A stretch of DNA of 64,000 nt from Eledone cirrhosa (GCA_964016885.1 OZ024745.1:28086001-28150000); one strand, 5' to 3'; positions 37,101 through 50,447 are shown, counted from the first letter of the stretch. Made by a program: numbers and translations. The notes: generated by a model from the letters alone, not told the origin.

Positions 37101-37689
37101 CTGTCGAAATTTATTTACAGCGACCGAGACCACCAAGCCTATTTTGTTGCCGTCGTCGTCGTCGTGACGGATTCATTACTAGTGTTGTTGTTGTTGCCGG
37201 TCCCTGACTATCGGGTAGAGATATAATTGCTGTTAACAGGGTATTACTATCACTGCTACTACAACGGCCAATGTAGGCGATGTGGTCGGTGTTGCTGTTG
37301 GTGGTGGTGGTGGTGTTGCGGTTGTCTTGAATGTAGCTTTCATCAAACTGTCTAAATCGCCTCCCTGTGTGTGTGAGAGAGATTGTGTGTGTGTGTGTGT
37401 GTGCCACAAAACATAATTCTTGTATGAGTTATGCAGCAAATATTAAAAACTTGTGTTATTGTTGGAACACCTGTAAGCAGAAATCGCTCACGTGAAATCC
37501 GATGGAAACGTTGAAAATCAAATATAATCTACTTAACTATTTTTTCACCCTATACAGCCACACTGTTGCACACACCTACATATACATACTATACATGTAT
37601 GCACATACGTACGTACGTTTGTATGTATGTATGTACCTACGTACATACGTATGTATATACGTATGTATTTTAACAAAACATTTGGCACT

Positions 37690-38650
37690 CTTGTCATGGA
37701 GTTCCTGTATACTGATCAACCAAATTTTATGACACGCTGTAGAGGATATGCAGTTGATATGCACCTTCTCCAATGCATGCACTGCGTTTGGGCTAAATAT
37801 TAACATAAAATCACAAAGGCCTTGTGCACCCCACGAGTTGGGCAGTGTTTTTGAAGTCTGACACTTTCGTTAGAGCAAAAAGTCTTCAGGTGGTGGACAG
37901 CTTTGTGTATCTCGATGGTACCCTCGATGCAGAAATAAATCACAGGATTGCAAATGTGAGTCTTGCCTTCGATAATCTTGAGAAGAGCGCCTGGACAGAT
38001 CGGAATATCACGGGAGACAAAGTTGTCTATGAATAAGACCTGTGTTCTTACAGCCTTGTTATACGGATACGAAACGTGGACAACTTACAAGCATCACATC
38101 AAGCAGCTGGAAAGGTTTCATCAGTATTTTATGTCCTGAACATCAAGTGGTCCTTTTATACACCTGCTGCTGTTGTACTTGAGAAAGCAGGATGCAGTTT
38201 GATCGAGAATAGGATTATTATGAACCAGATTCCTGCCTAAACAGTTATTTTACGGGGAATTGACCAGAGAAAAAAAAAGGTGTTTTAGGAATGTCGCAAA
38301 AGACAATCTTAAAGCTCAGAAGATTAATATGGAGAACTGGGAAACATTGTGAGAAGGCCGTACATGACGTACAATGATCATCAAGTATGAATGTGGTGTT
38401 TTTGAAAAGAATTGAGTTGATTATGCTGCTATGAAGCTTTCACTTCATAAGCGACACTAAAGCGTAGTGCCTGCTAAACTCCAGCAAGAATTGAGGTGCA
38501 GCTTATGTGGCTGATTTCTTCTGACAAGAGGTGGATTTGTCAACTATTTGAAGTCACACGAGCCAGAGAGAAATCGAGCCGTTTATTGAATGTTTCTACC
38601 GCAAAGACCTCCATGGTACACTTGCAAAGAGTGTGGCTTAATTGCAAGTG
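37690..38650 (+). pseudogene. Decayed RTE-clade LINE, RT C-terminal half
   Basis: Frameshifted peptides EFLYTD, FSNACTAFGLNIN, VVDSFVYL, LDAEINHRIA, LLYGYETWT, LERFHQ. Confidence 0.75.
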
Positions 38651-38813
38651 CTGTGGGTGTTGTGTAGTGATGTAGTTCTAGATTAAATTAATATTTAGAT
38701 GTAGTGGGTGGATTGTGAAAGCCTTTGGTTGTTTAAGTAATTTGGTTGGCTATTATAAAGTGTTATATGTGTTGGTGGTGTCGTTATATCTATCATTATT
38801 CTACAGGAAAGGT

Positions 38814-38997
38814 AGATTGGCAGTATCGGTGGAGGGTCGGACGCCATGCTTTCCAGCATAGTTACGTCCCTTTACGATCTGAGTTCAAATCCCGCCGAGG
38901 TTGACTTTGCCTTTCATCCTTACGGGGTCGATAAAATAAAGTACCAGTAATGCACTGGGTAATTGCTGGCCTTGTGCCTAACGTAGAAACAATTATT
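38814..38997 (+). mobile_element. SINE copy with perfect 19-bp TSD
   Basis: ATTATTCTACAGGAAAGGT at 38795-38813 and 38992-39010. Confidence 0.9.
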
Positions 38998-39184
38998 CTA
39001 CAGGAAAGGTTTTGGCAATGTAGGTGCACTAGTTTTGTCTCTGTTGTTGGTGGATATATTCACGCATGTGAGTGAGTCCATCTATGTGAATATATGAGTG
39101 TGGGAGTATATATGCATGTGATTGTATGTGTGTGTGTTAAGCAAATCTATATTTTTGACAAAATACACAGGCTCGTAACAAGTA

Positions 39185-39315
39185 CAGTAAATCCCCAGCT
39201 TAGGAACGTTCCAAGAGGCCGTTCGTTAGTTGATTTGTTCGTAAGTTGATCGTCTAACACAGTACGTATCAGTAAGCCAATATGCGTTACATTGATACTG
39301 CAGGTTTCCATATGA

Positions 39316-39365
<50 letters not shown>

Positions 39366-39635
39366 GCAATAATGAATTTAAATACTGTAAAGCTAATGAC
39401 AATAAATTGTTAAAGAGAAAATGTACTTTTTCAATTCTGCGAAAGTAGAATGGTATCCCATACATTAGGTACGATTTCGGCTTGTTTTTATGCTGCAAAA
39501 TAAGGAATCAAGGGCCTGAAAGAGCCCATAAAAACGCGAATTTCAAACTCAGACATTTTTTTTTTCGAGATAGACTGGTCGTATCTGCGGAAGTTCGCTT
39601 TTAAGAAGGATGTTCGTAACGTGGGGGACTTACTG
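39185..39635. mobile_element. Tigger/pogo-like (Tc1/mariner) MITE
   Basis: Imperfect ~24-bp TIRs CAGTAAATCCCCAGCTTAGGAAC / GTTCGTAACGTGGGGGACTTACTG, TA on both flanks. Confidence 0.72.
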
Positions 39636-40237
39636 TACTCTAAACGTATGCTAAATGTACTCTAAAGAAACATCTTCATAATTTCTACTTATATCTATCT
39701 GTATGCAGTTTCTTTCCTGTCTTCACTTCTTTCGAAATTGGTGATATCTTAAGCTGGCGCATAAACAGATTGAAGAGGTGTAATTAGCATTATATAGTAT
39801 TACAGGAGTAATTACGTAGAAGAGGCTTCTTTAATCACCTTTGCTATGCGTGATGTAAGCCAAAGGCATCACCTTCCGAGTGATAAAATCCTCGCATAAA
39901 AAAATAATCCTATTTAAGCGTACGTGGCTATAATCCTGTCATAAAAATTAAGATTTTGCAAATAGCTATCTCCTTGGCAATAGCAAAGAAGAACGTTATC
40001 TTCATATATATATGTGCTTACTTTGAATCATACAAAATTCTAATAGTACTAATATTTCTTTATAAGCATCACAAATATATATGGACTCACACACACACTA
40101 ACGTCATAAATTATCCAACGCCAACAATAAAAATATAAATAATATCATGACACATTCTATAAGAAAAGTGACAAAAGCAACCGAATTTTGAAATAAAAGC
40201 TTGTTTGACCTCATTACTTGACTTATTTTATTGATGA

Positions 40238-40309
40238 TAGAGAGAGAGAGGGGGGGGGAAGAGACAGAGAGACAGACACAAAGGGAGAGAGAGAGGGGGG
40301 GTGAGAGAA

Positions 40310-40388
<79 letters not shown>
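40238..40388. repeat. (GA)n microsatellite
   Basis: Directly visible. Confidence 0.95.
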
Positions 40389-40391
<3 letters not shown>

Positions 40392-40831
40392 AAGGTAAAG
40401 TAGAAGAAGCAAAACCTGAACAAAAGGAAAAAAAGACCGATTTAAATATTCCGTTCGCTACCATTTCTATTTATCATCTCCCGACATTAAGATGGACAAT
40501 TGGAAGATTAATGAATAATTGTATAAGGTGATGGGATTGCACTTGAGACAGAGTTACAAAGTTATGTACAAATGATTGGATGGATGTATACCTAGAAGAT
40601 TAAATGGCGGAATAATGAATTAAGTCGATGCACAATTTGATGGTTGGATAAAGGGATAGATTGGTGAAAGAATGGAGAATAGATGAGCGATAGTTGCGTG
40701 GGTGGATTAATTAATAAATAAGGGAGAAACTAACTGCAAAGATAAAGAAACAATTAATGGCTACAGCATTATATACATTGTTTCTATATTTTAATTTGAA
40801 CGTAGCTATTCTGGTTTAAATGCCTATTCAA

Positions 40832-40834
<3 letters not shown>

Positions 40835-40914
<80 letters not shown>

Positions 40915-40925
40915 GTAAAGAAATT

Positions 40926-41015
<90 letters not shown>
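40835..41015. repeat. (CA)n/(TA)n microsatellites
   Basis: Directly visible. Confidence 0.95.
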
Positions 41016-41016
<1 letters not shown>

Positions 41017-41709
41017 GCACACAAATAAACACACATATCTTTACTTTCTTTATTCAATAGAAAATCTGAATTCTGACACCCCACCGAACTAACCATATTC
41101 ACTGAACCAGAACAATTCTTCCATCCCTTTCTCTTGACCATTATCTTTCACTTATCAAAAAATTCTCTAAAAAGGCTACAGAATGGATTTCCAAATAAGG
41201 GCACAAAAATTAAATGAAAATTTGTTCACGTGACAGCCATAATTTCATTTATAACCAACCAAAAAAAAGCCTTCGTGGGCCTCCTTTTTTCAAGTAAAAA
41301 GAAATTCAAACACTCATATATGATAAAACAACCTGTGACAACCCCCCCCCCCCCCCCCTCCTCATATTTGAAGAACTATTGTAACGCGAACTGGCGCGAA
41401 ATTTATTATAATTATTGACAAACCAATCAAATTACTTCTCGAAAAACCTGGTTTTCGAGCCACTTTTTCCATATAAAACAAGTAACATTTAGAGACCAAC
41501 CAGATGTGAGAAAAACCACAGACCCTCCATCTCAACTCACCTTTTGAAAAGCAGAAGAACTGCGAAACCGGTAAAGGAACCAAATAAATATATATATTTT
41601 TTTTAAAAATAAGACTCCAGTTGCATTTTCGATTTCATCTCTTTTTCTTTATACTTTCACTCGTGTAGGACACCTCGGTTATTTTTCATTTTGTAAAAAA
41701 AAACTTCAC

Positions 41710-41756
<47 letters not shown>

Positions 41757-41757
<1 letters not shown>

Positions 41758-41940
41758 ACGAAGGAACTGCGGTAAGTAACCAGGTAGACCATAACGCACC
41801 AAAATACTCGATACTGGGTAGTAGAGTGGGTAATAGGAAAAGAGTCAGGACCACGACGGCTGAGCTCCGGCCGTTTCGACAGACCTAGCTGGTGTCGAAA
41901 CGGCCGGAGCTCAGCCGTCGGAGTCCTGACTCTTTTCCTA
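41757..41940 (+). repeat. (TA)n-flanked ~180-bp dispersed element with terminal hairpin, copy 1
   Basis: ~48-bp stem 41834-41940; homologues at 43124, 43743 and 53722. Confidence 0.85.
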
Positions 41941-43062
41941 TATATATATATGTCTATTTTCTTCTCGTCATTTGATTTGCCGGACTTAAGCCCACAGGAT
42001 TCATTGACTTGTCTCTCTTTTCCTCTCTTTACGTTGCGTTACTACCATGTTGTTTGTTCACTTTCCTCTGTCCCGATAACTTAATTTAGTTATTGCTCGC
42101 ACTGATTTTAAGTATCTAGTCTTTAATACTAAGAAATACCAATGAGAATCATCAGACTACTGATGACGGACTTTTCTCGGTCTATTTTTATTCATATATA
42201 TATATATATATAAAATAAAATAAAATAAAAAATAAAATAATAATAATAATAATAAATAAATTTAAAAAAAAAAAAATAAAATAAAAAAAAAGCAGATGGG
42301 ATATTCAATGTGTTGGTAATTCAACAAATATAAATGTTTATAACTGATTCAGAGCACTCAACAGATTTTTTTTTTATTTTATTTTATTGATTTTTTTTTT
42401 TTTCTTGTGCAATGGCCATACTCGATAACGAGGGGGCAGCCATCATGTATGTATGTGTCAGGTCACCAGTTGGTGCTACTGGTAACATGTATTCCAGTAT
42501 AACCTGTCTCATGGTCGGGTCGTTGGCGACAAAACTGGCAACCACACCAAGGTTTCTTGGTGAGGAGGGTGACTGTGGACATCCTGCAGGACTAAAAACA
42601 AAACCTGTCAAAGGGTAAAGGAGCTCTTAAGAGTCAATGGCCATCTAAAATCACCGGGAGAGATGACCCCTTAGCCTTTCTCAAGGCAGAATTCTAGGAG
42701 AAGGAAAACTCTGATATATCACCTGCAACCCTGATGGTATCCAATGATGTTGACTTGTTCTTCTTTTTGGTAAATATCATCTTGGTTAAGAGAGTGGGAC
42801 TGGCTTTGTGCAGTGCCTTTGTTCACTATAAAAGCTTCACGGCACAGGCATTGCTTTATATCTGGAGATCTCTCTGCACTTGTCGTCACATGTTACCATG
42901 GGCCCAACACTATGTGTCAATAATCGTCACAAGTGTAGTGTTTGTACCAGAGTTTTCAAGTCGCTGGTTGGACTAAAAAGTCACAATCGTTCAGCGTATC
43001 GGTAGGGGTTCTCCTACATGGATATAAAGTAGTGGCCGTACTCGAAAACGAGTTGGCAGCCA

Positions 43063-43123
<61 letters not shown>

Positions 43124-43126
<3 letters not shown>

Positions 43127-43280
43127 AAAGAAAGTGCGGTAAGGAACCAGGTGGACCATAACGCACCAGAGTACTCGATACCTAGGGTAGTAGAGTGAGT
43201 AGTAGAAAAAGAACCAGGATCCGCGTTTGGATCTAACTGTTGAAACGGCCGGAGCTCAGCGGTCGGGGTCCTGACTCTAT

Positions 43281-43284
<4 letters not shown>
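43124..43284 (+). repeat. (TA)n-flanked hairpin element, copy 2
   Basis: GGTAAGGAACCAGGTGGACCATAACGCACC...GAAACGGCCGGAGCTCAGC shared with copy 1. Confidence 0.8.
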
Positions 43285-43316
<32 letters not shown>

Positions 43317-43404
43317 CAGAAGGGATATTCAATGTGTTGGTAATTCAACAAATATAAATGTTTATAACTGATTCAGAGCACTCAACAGATTTTCTGGATT
43401 ATAA

Positions 43405-43686
43405 TATACAATGATATTAAATAAATGGAAACTATATTTATAAAACCATATTTATTCTATTATATATATTTCAAGGGTACCAAAATTTTGGTACGCTAAT
43501 TTTGGTATTACTATCCAGGAATAACTTGAATCGTTAAGGTATATTCTCCTTGGTTATGTCAAAATTTATAAAACACACTTCGTATTTTATCTGATGATAG
43601 CGTACCAAAATTTTGGTACTCTTGAAACATATATAATAGAATAAATATGGTTTTATAAATATAGTTTCCATTTATTTAATATCATC

Positions 43687-43693
<7 letters not shown>
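43405..43693. mobile_element. Penelope-like inverted terminal-repeat relic
   Basis: 43405-43498 is the reverse complement of 43598-43693; right arm is preceded by CTGATGA and runs into (TA)n. Confidence 0.65.
43583..43643 (+). ncRNA. Minimal type I hammerhead ribozyme motif (slightly degenerate)
   Basis: TATTTTAT-CTGATGA-[GTACC AAAATTTT GGTAC stem II]-GAAA-CATATA-TA-ATAGAATA; stem I pairs over 8 bp. Confidence 0.65.
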
Positions 43694-43742
<49 letters not shown>

Positions 43743-43744
<2 letters not shown>

Positions 43745-43917
43745 CGAAGGAAATGTGGTAAGGAACCAGGTGGACCATAACGCACCAAAGTACTCGATAC
43801 TTAGGGTAGTAGAGTGGGTAATAGGAACGAGTAGGACCCCGACGGCTGAGGTCAATTTTAGTCCAGAATTAGCCGTCGAAACGGCTTGAGCTCAGCCGTC
43901 GGGGTCCTACACGTTCC

Positions 43918-43919
<2 letters not shown>
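43743..43919 (+). repeat. (TA)n-flanked hairpin element, copy 3
   Basis: Same 5' segment and terminal stem TAGGAACGAGTAGGACCCCGACGGCTGAG / CTCAGCCGTCGGGGTCCTACACGTTCCTA. Confidence 0.85.
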
Positions 43920-43964
<45 letters not shown>

Positions 43965-44561
43965 TATAGAGCTTCGTATGCTGATGGAAACATTTCTAAC
44001 CTTTAAAGTCTAGTTCTTCCGGAAAAAAAAAGTTTTTTTATCCCTACGTGAGAGCGTAGAAAAATGGGAAAATATCTCGAACTGATAAATAATTAGTTGT
44101 GGGGCTCGCACGGGAGTAATTTATTGGGAAAAAAGTGGAAGAGAATTTGGTTGAGAGTGATGTTGGAGATAAAGAGAATAATAAGAAGAATAAGAATAGA
44201 GAGGGATTAGAACTAGAAATAAGAGGGGATTATTGGTGAATTCAATGTAAGAAAGCGATAGATTTGTTGGCCAGGTTGGATCCTATTTTATTAATCTCTA
44301 CATAAACAAAGGGAAATGTCATCTTTGTGCCTCATTAGAAGAGCAATATTGCAATTTTATTTCAACTTGAAATGAGTTAAAATTTGTAATATCTAGGAAG
44401 TTTTAAGCCATAAGGACAAGCCTCGGGCAAGTTTAGTGAAGCAATTTATTTTCCATTCGAAATATGTCTCTACATCGAAACCACTGCTCTATTGGAACCT
44501 TTAAACTGGCGTAATTAAAGACTGCCAGTAATTTAATTAATTTCTGTAACCATGAGTATAA

Positions 44562-45161
44562 TGGTTTCTGATTTAAGCCCAAAGGGGAAAGGGAGAGTCA
44601 ATTATATCGACCGCCAGTACTTTATTTTATCTACCCTGGAGTGATGAAATGCAAAGAAGACCTCAGTGGAATTTGAACTCGGAACGTAGAAAATCGTATC
44701 TAAATACCGCAAAGCAGCTTGCTCGACGCTCTACCAATTCTTCCAATCCAACACGCTCATAATAAAGACTATAATAATTGTTTCTACTTTTGGCACAAGG
44801 CCAGCAATTATCCAGTACATTACTGGTACTTTATTTTATCGACCCCGTAAGGATGAAAGGCAAAGTTAACCTCGGCGGGATTTGAACTCAGATCGTAAAG
44901 GGACGTAACTCTTTGCTGCAAAGCATGGCGTCCGACCCTCTACCGATACTGTCAATCCACCGCCCTATAATAATTGTTTCTACTTTTTGCCACAAGGCCA
45001 GCAATTACCCAGTGCATTACTGGTACTTTATTTTATCGACCCCGTAAGGATGAAAGGCAAAGTTAACCTCGGCGGGATTTGAACTCAGAATGGCAAGGGC
45101 CGTAACTCTATGCGTCAAAGCATGGCGTCCGACCCTCTATCGATACTGTCAATCCACCGCC
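44562..45161 (-). mobile_element. SINE cluster: one old copy (44562-44750) and a tandem pair (44772-44964, 44968-45161)
   Basis: Reverse complement of SINE; CTATAATAAT repeated at 44769, 44965 and 45162. Confidence 0.85.
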
Positions 45162-45846
45162 CTATAATAATGTAAGAAAATACTGAAATAGAATATTATT
45201 TGTTTGTTACTGCTTGTGCGGGAATACGCTAGACGGCGCCGGCTATCAGCCTTTCAATATTCATAGCAGGGCTTTCAAAATGTTTATATATTAAACATAT
45301 ATACGAAATTCACATACATATATGTATACAGCTTTGTCGAAGCTAAATTTTCTGTTGGTTTGTTTGTTGGTTTGTTTGTTGGTTTCTATAGGAAGGCGAT
45401 GGATTCGTTGGCCAGGCTGGGTCCTATTTTAGTAACCTCTACATGAACTAACTGTAATTCTCTCACTCACCACATAATATAAAGAAATCCCATGTTCTAT
45501 TTAGCTCCATTACATTTATATTACGTTCATTGATAACTGAAGCGGCATAAACGAAACGTGTTTTGCATTAATTTGAATAACATTTTCGCTTGTTTCTTAT
45601 ATATTCAGGTTTTATTTTTTTTCAGATTTTATTTTCTTCTCTGCGTTCTATTGCTAAGAATTCCTAGGGTCTACCTTGGATTCTTCTATCAAAATCTGTA
45701 AATATATTAACAAATATTCCAACATATATGTATATTGTTCCAGCCATGATGGGGTTGTTTTTTTTCTATTCTTTAGTTTTTATTACTTTCTTTTATTTAC
45801 TTATCTAACAACGCTTTCGGCAATTATATATACAATTAATTATAAA

Positions 45847-45874
45847 CTCTCTCTCTCTCACTCTCTCTCTCTAT

Positions 45875-45965
<91 letters not shown>

Positions 45966-46336
45966 TATATCGCTCACACACACACATTTTATATTAAAAT
46001 ATGCTTCGATGTAATTGTATAACAGTTCTAGCGTTTGTTGGCGCTGTGTGCGAGTGTGTGTGAGTGCGTGTAAGTCTGCGTGTGTACGTGTGTGTGTGTG
46101 TGTGTGTGTTTCTGTCTGTCTGTCTGTCTGTCTGTCTGTGTGTGTGCACGTTTGTACGGCTGCGTGGATCTATGTGTGCATGTGTGAATGAGAAAGAGAG
46201 AATGCTTACGCATGTATGGTATATATTTATATATATATATTTATATTTATATATATTTATATATATATATATATGATATATATAATATAATATGATATAA
46301 TATAATATAAAATAAATAAAATATATATATAATATA
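45847..46336. repeat. Compound (TC)/(TA)/(TG)/(TCTG) microsatellite region
   Basis: Directly visible. Confidence 0.85.
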
Positions 46337-47026
46337 GGCATACGTCAAGACGGGCGGTCAGAAAAGTGAAAGTAAATTTATTTTCATTTTCGAACGTCGT
46401 GTTTACATTTTGTGTGTGTTTAGATCTAAATTAGTGTCGTTTTAACTGATTATATATATATGTATATGTGTGTGTGTGTGTAGTTGACGGTTGAGAGAAG
46501 AGTACTCAATACCGAAGTAATCTTGTAATGAGGCTTGCACATGCTGGCGACGAAGCTTCTTCTTTGCACGGCTCCATGTGTTCTCTAGGAGCTGTGTGTG
46601 CACATCAAGGTCCGCAGGATCTACAAAGTTCTGTTCGTGCACCACAACATCATGAACGTAAATCCCACCTTCAATTTCCAAATAGGAAGCCCAACCATCG
46701 GAGATGATGCGGCTGCCTGGCAAAATCCCTGCTGAATGATGGGGACGAGAGTGTCAGAGCTTCGATTTGGGACTTCTGCAAGGCAGCAGCGTCTAGAATG
46801 GCGGACTCACCATTCTGCAAGCCGCATTACAAGATTACTTCGGTATTGAGTACTCTTCTCTCAACCGTCAACTACACACACACACACACACACACATATA
46901 CAAATATATATAATCAGTTAAAACGACACTAATTTAGATCTAAACACACACAAAATGTAAACACGACGTTCGAAAATGAAAATAAATTTACTTTCACTTT
47001 TCTGACCGCCCGTCTTGACGTATGCC
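46337..47026 (-). mobile_element. Internally deleted Merlin (IS1595/ISXO2-like) DNA transposon
   Basis: ~200-bp inverted arms starting GGCATAC, 9-bp TSD TATAATATA, internal PGSRIISDGWASY...H..VVH...FVDP...HTQLLENTW...K transposase fragment (46540-46723). Confidence 0.88.
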
Positions 47027-48129
47027 TATAATATATATAATAAAATATATTATAATATAATATAATATATATGCGCATGTCTGTGAATGTGTGTGCGTTT
47101 GAGATAGAGGAAGTGACAGAACGCACTAGCATTGTAAAAATGACGAAGAATTTACTATGAATAAATATAGCGAAACAGTAATATCCGAAGAAAGTTCATC
47201 CAGATCCGATTACCTCCCTACTTCTAAGCAACAGTATGATAATAGCGGGAGGCTGGTTATTAAAATGTAAAGAAGATTGTGAATGGCGTAATAAAATTTA
47301 CATAATGATATATTGTTGATGGCCCGAGATTAATTACTTTAGTATTAATACAGCGTAGGTTATGAATAAATATGAAAATAGAATCATATCAATATGTATT
47401 TCGAATCACTATGAAATTACACCTCATGGTTAGACTATACATATTTATGGATAGCCTACTGCTTATTGGTGCTTTAATAATTAATGTCAGGTTGTCAGGT
47501 TGTCAACTTCGTTCTATTATGTAAATGAGTTGTTCGATACAAAATTTTGATTACCTTTTTAATAAGTACCTTTACTCTATATCGTTTGGACAGCTTGAGA
47601 GAGGGGGAGAGAACATATCCAAATGAGTTGTTAGGTAGAACAACGATCCTAGTAAGATGAGTTGCAAACTTTGAAAAAACCCTATTATCTAACTACGGGC
47701 GTAATTTCACAGCGAGACTAAATAATATGAATTTGACTCTGGATAACTGTTAATTCATAACAAATTATTCGTCAATTATAGAAACGCTGATTGCTGCCTA
47801 CAACAGTAAATGATACCATTCTGAAAAACCTAATTGTAAATAGTGGTAAGGGTGTTGGACTTACGACCATAATGTCATGGATTCGATTCCTGGGCTGGGT
47901 TGCTTGTTGTGTTCAAAGGCCCCCCTCTTCCTCATTTCCCCCTCCTTATCTTCTTCCAGCCTACAGCGACTATTGGTGAAATATGCGGTGTTCTGCAAAA
48001 AGCCGATAACTGTACCTCAAATAAAAATGGCCCTAAGTCGCTACACAATCACCCGGTTAGGGTTGTCTGCTCTACAAGCTCTATGTAAATATGCCAGGCT
48101 TGTTCGACAGTGGTCTACTGCAACTGGAA

Positions 48130-48665
48130 ACAGAACCTAAGAATTGCCAGTTCTATGAATCGGGGTGCACTAGCAATGATGAAGAAATACGTGAAGCAAG
48201 TGGACATAATATAAACTAGAGGGTTTAATGTTGGGTCAAGCGAAGACCGAGTCTTGGCACCTGCAATTTGGAATGTTGTCAGGCGCACACAACCTTCAAC
48301 CATTTCTGCTATGCAGTCGTTGGCGTTCTATAAAGGACTAGTGGTGGGCAAGATCGACGACGTTCTCGAGGAATCACTAGGTGTTGACCAGAATAAGCTG
48401 ACTAGTCTATTTTGGGGGACTTTCGGTCCGGGTTCTATGGATGATTTCTAAAACGTGCCTGGTTTGGCAGTACTACCGGGGACGCACTGCTAGTTCGAGA
48501 CAAACTCTACAAACACGGGAGAGCTATCTGACTGGCCTGTCCGAGATGCGCGCTAAACGTTAAAAACATGTTCTGGGTGCATTTATCCTATTTCTGTACA
48601 TTGCTGACCTGTGGGGATTTGTGGAACAGCTGATGTGGCGTGTAAGTCAGATCTGGTAGTAGGGT
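48130..48665 (+). pseudogene. Old, diverged Tx1-family ORF2 C-terminal relic
   Basis: LAFYKGLVVGKIDDVLEESLGVDQNKLTSLFWGTFGPGSMDDF, VRDKLYKHG and ACPRCA align with ORF2 of copies 1-5. Confidence 0.8.
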
Positions 48666-49526
48666 GTGTATGGGAATATGCGCATATTTGTAAGAGTGTT
48701 TATGGGCTAGTGTGTGTATGTACAAGTACCCCTGTAGGGAAAGGGCTTGTTTGTGTGTATATATATATATATATATACATATGCGTGTTTGCGAGCGAGT
48801 GTGTATCTGTGCGTGTATATATGGGTACGTGTGTGTATGTGTGTGGGCGTGGGTGAGGGGGGGGGGGGTATATGTATATGTCTGTACGTGTTTGTGTGTA
48901 CGTGTATATATACGCGTATGCATGTGTATGAGCATGTGTGTGTGCGTGTTGATGTATATAGGCTGTGGGCATGTGCCTCTCTGGATGCATGTATGCGTAC
49001 GTTTATATGTTTATATGTTCGCCTTAATGTGTTGGTATAGCGGGAGTTTATGCGTACGACTGTCGGTGTCTATGTGATTGTGTGTGTGGGGGGGGGGGTG
49101 CGCGCGTGGATGTGTGAACTACCAAACACAGCAGTAATTCATTGAAGTGTAGCAGACATGTGATAGCGGAATGGTACCTGTGGTCAGCATTATGATGACG
49201 TAGACAACCAGCGGCCAATCACTGGACGCGCGAAGAGGTTGAAGTTTTTGACGGTACTGGCCCATAGGGTCAGATATCCCAGTGAGAGAATATGGTCCGA
49301 AATCATTAGACGGGTCCGTCGAACCTACGGGTCCGGAATCAGACAGATCCACACAATGATGGCGTCTCGAGCTGTCCGCCGGCGAAACAATTGTAACACA
49401 AATTGAGTTCAGATGCATCACTGATTTTTCGTTTTATATTATATCATACTCTGCTCTGTAAGAGCATAGAGTGCTCAACCGGCATACCAGCTATGGAAGC
49501 ATCTTAACTACCATCAGACACATACG

Positions 49527-49587
<61 letters not shown>

Positions 49588-50116
49588 TTTGTTTTTCGAA
49601 TCCAAAGAGTTTTTATTTCTTTATCTCTACAAGACGTGAAAATATTTTAACAATAAACAATAATAAAACAAAGAAAATTCTTTATTTAATTGTCCAATAT
49701 TACAATACAGAAGCAACTAATTCAATATGGATGCAAACAAGAATGCTATAGTCTTGTTTATTCCTATAACGCTGTATTCGAGAATTATAAAGGATATGGT
49801 AAACAATATGGAAATACCGCTTGGTTTTTGGTTGTTATTTTTTTTGGGGGGTGGGGGGTCAAAATTTCAAGATATGAAAACAACGAATGAATAGACACAC
49901 AAAAGTAGTATGATACTTTGGCCAGACAAACTAACCTCGAAATGTAAATGAAGCAATACAGAAATTACATAATGCTATACAGATGATTGGTTAGTTCTCC
50001 TAGGAATGAGAGAAAGTACAAAAATACTTTTAAAAAAATAGTGGAAAAGGAGCCATCCTCATATTCGACCAAGGAATAAATGTTTCCATTGATGATTGCT
50101 TATATTATCTGCCAGT

Positions 50117-50160
<44 letters not shown>

Positions 50161-50447
50161 AAATAACGAAACCAAATTAAATTTCGTTTCGTTTGTAACT
50201 CACTTTTGTGTGACTGACGCTTAAACAATTAAGTTAAAAATGTACATCCACATATGTATACTGAAATACTAGTATGCATATGAATACACACACGTATACA
50301 TATGTAGATGTACCGAGTTTTTCACTGGTCACTTTACTGTGAGTGTCCAGCTATTCTGTATGTAAACACACAGACAAACCGGTTTTTAGAGTCATACTGG
50401 TTTTTGAGGAAACACCTTTCCTCTATTCTCCAGAAAGCCAGACAAGG

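Noticed and set aside
42148-42190. CTGATGA motif (also CTGACGA at ~11780) suggesting further hammerheads
   Set aside because: No properly placed GAAA/stem III and stem I; at best degenerate relics.
47841-47920. Second SINE-like head (TAGTGGTAAGG...GGATTCGATTCC)
   Set aside because: Single degenerate copy with no definable 3' end; too weak to call.
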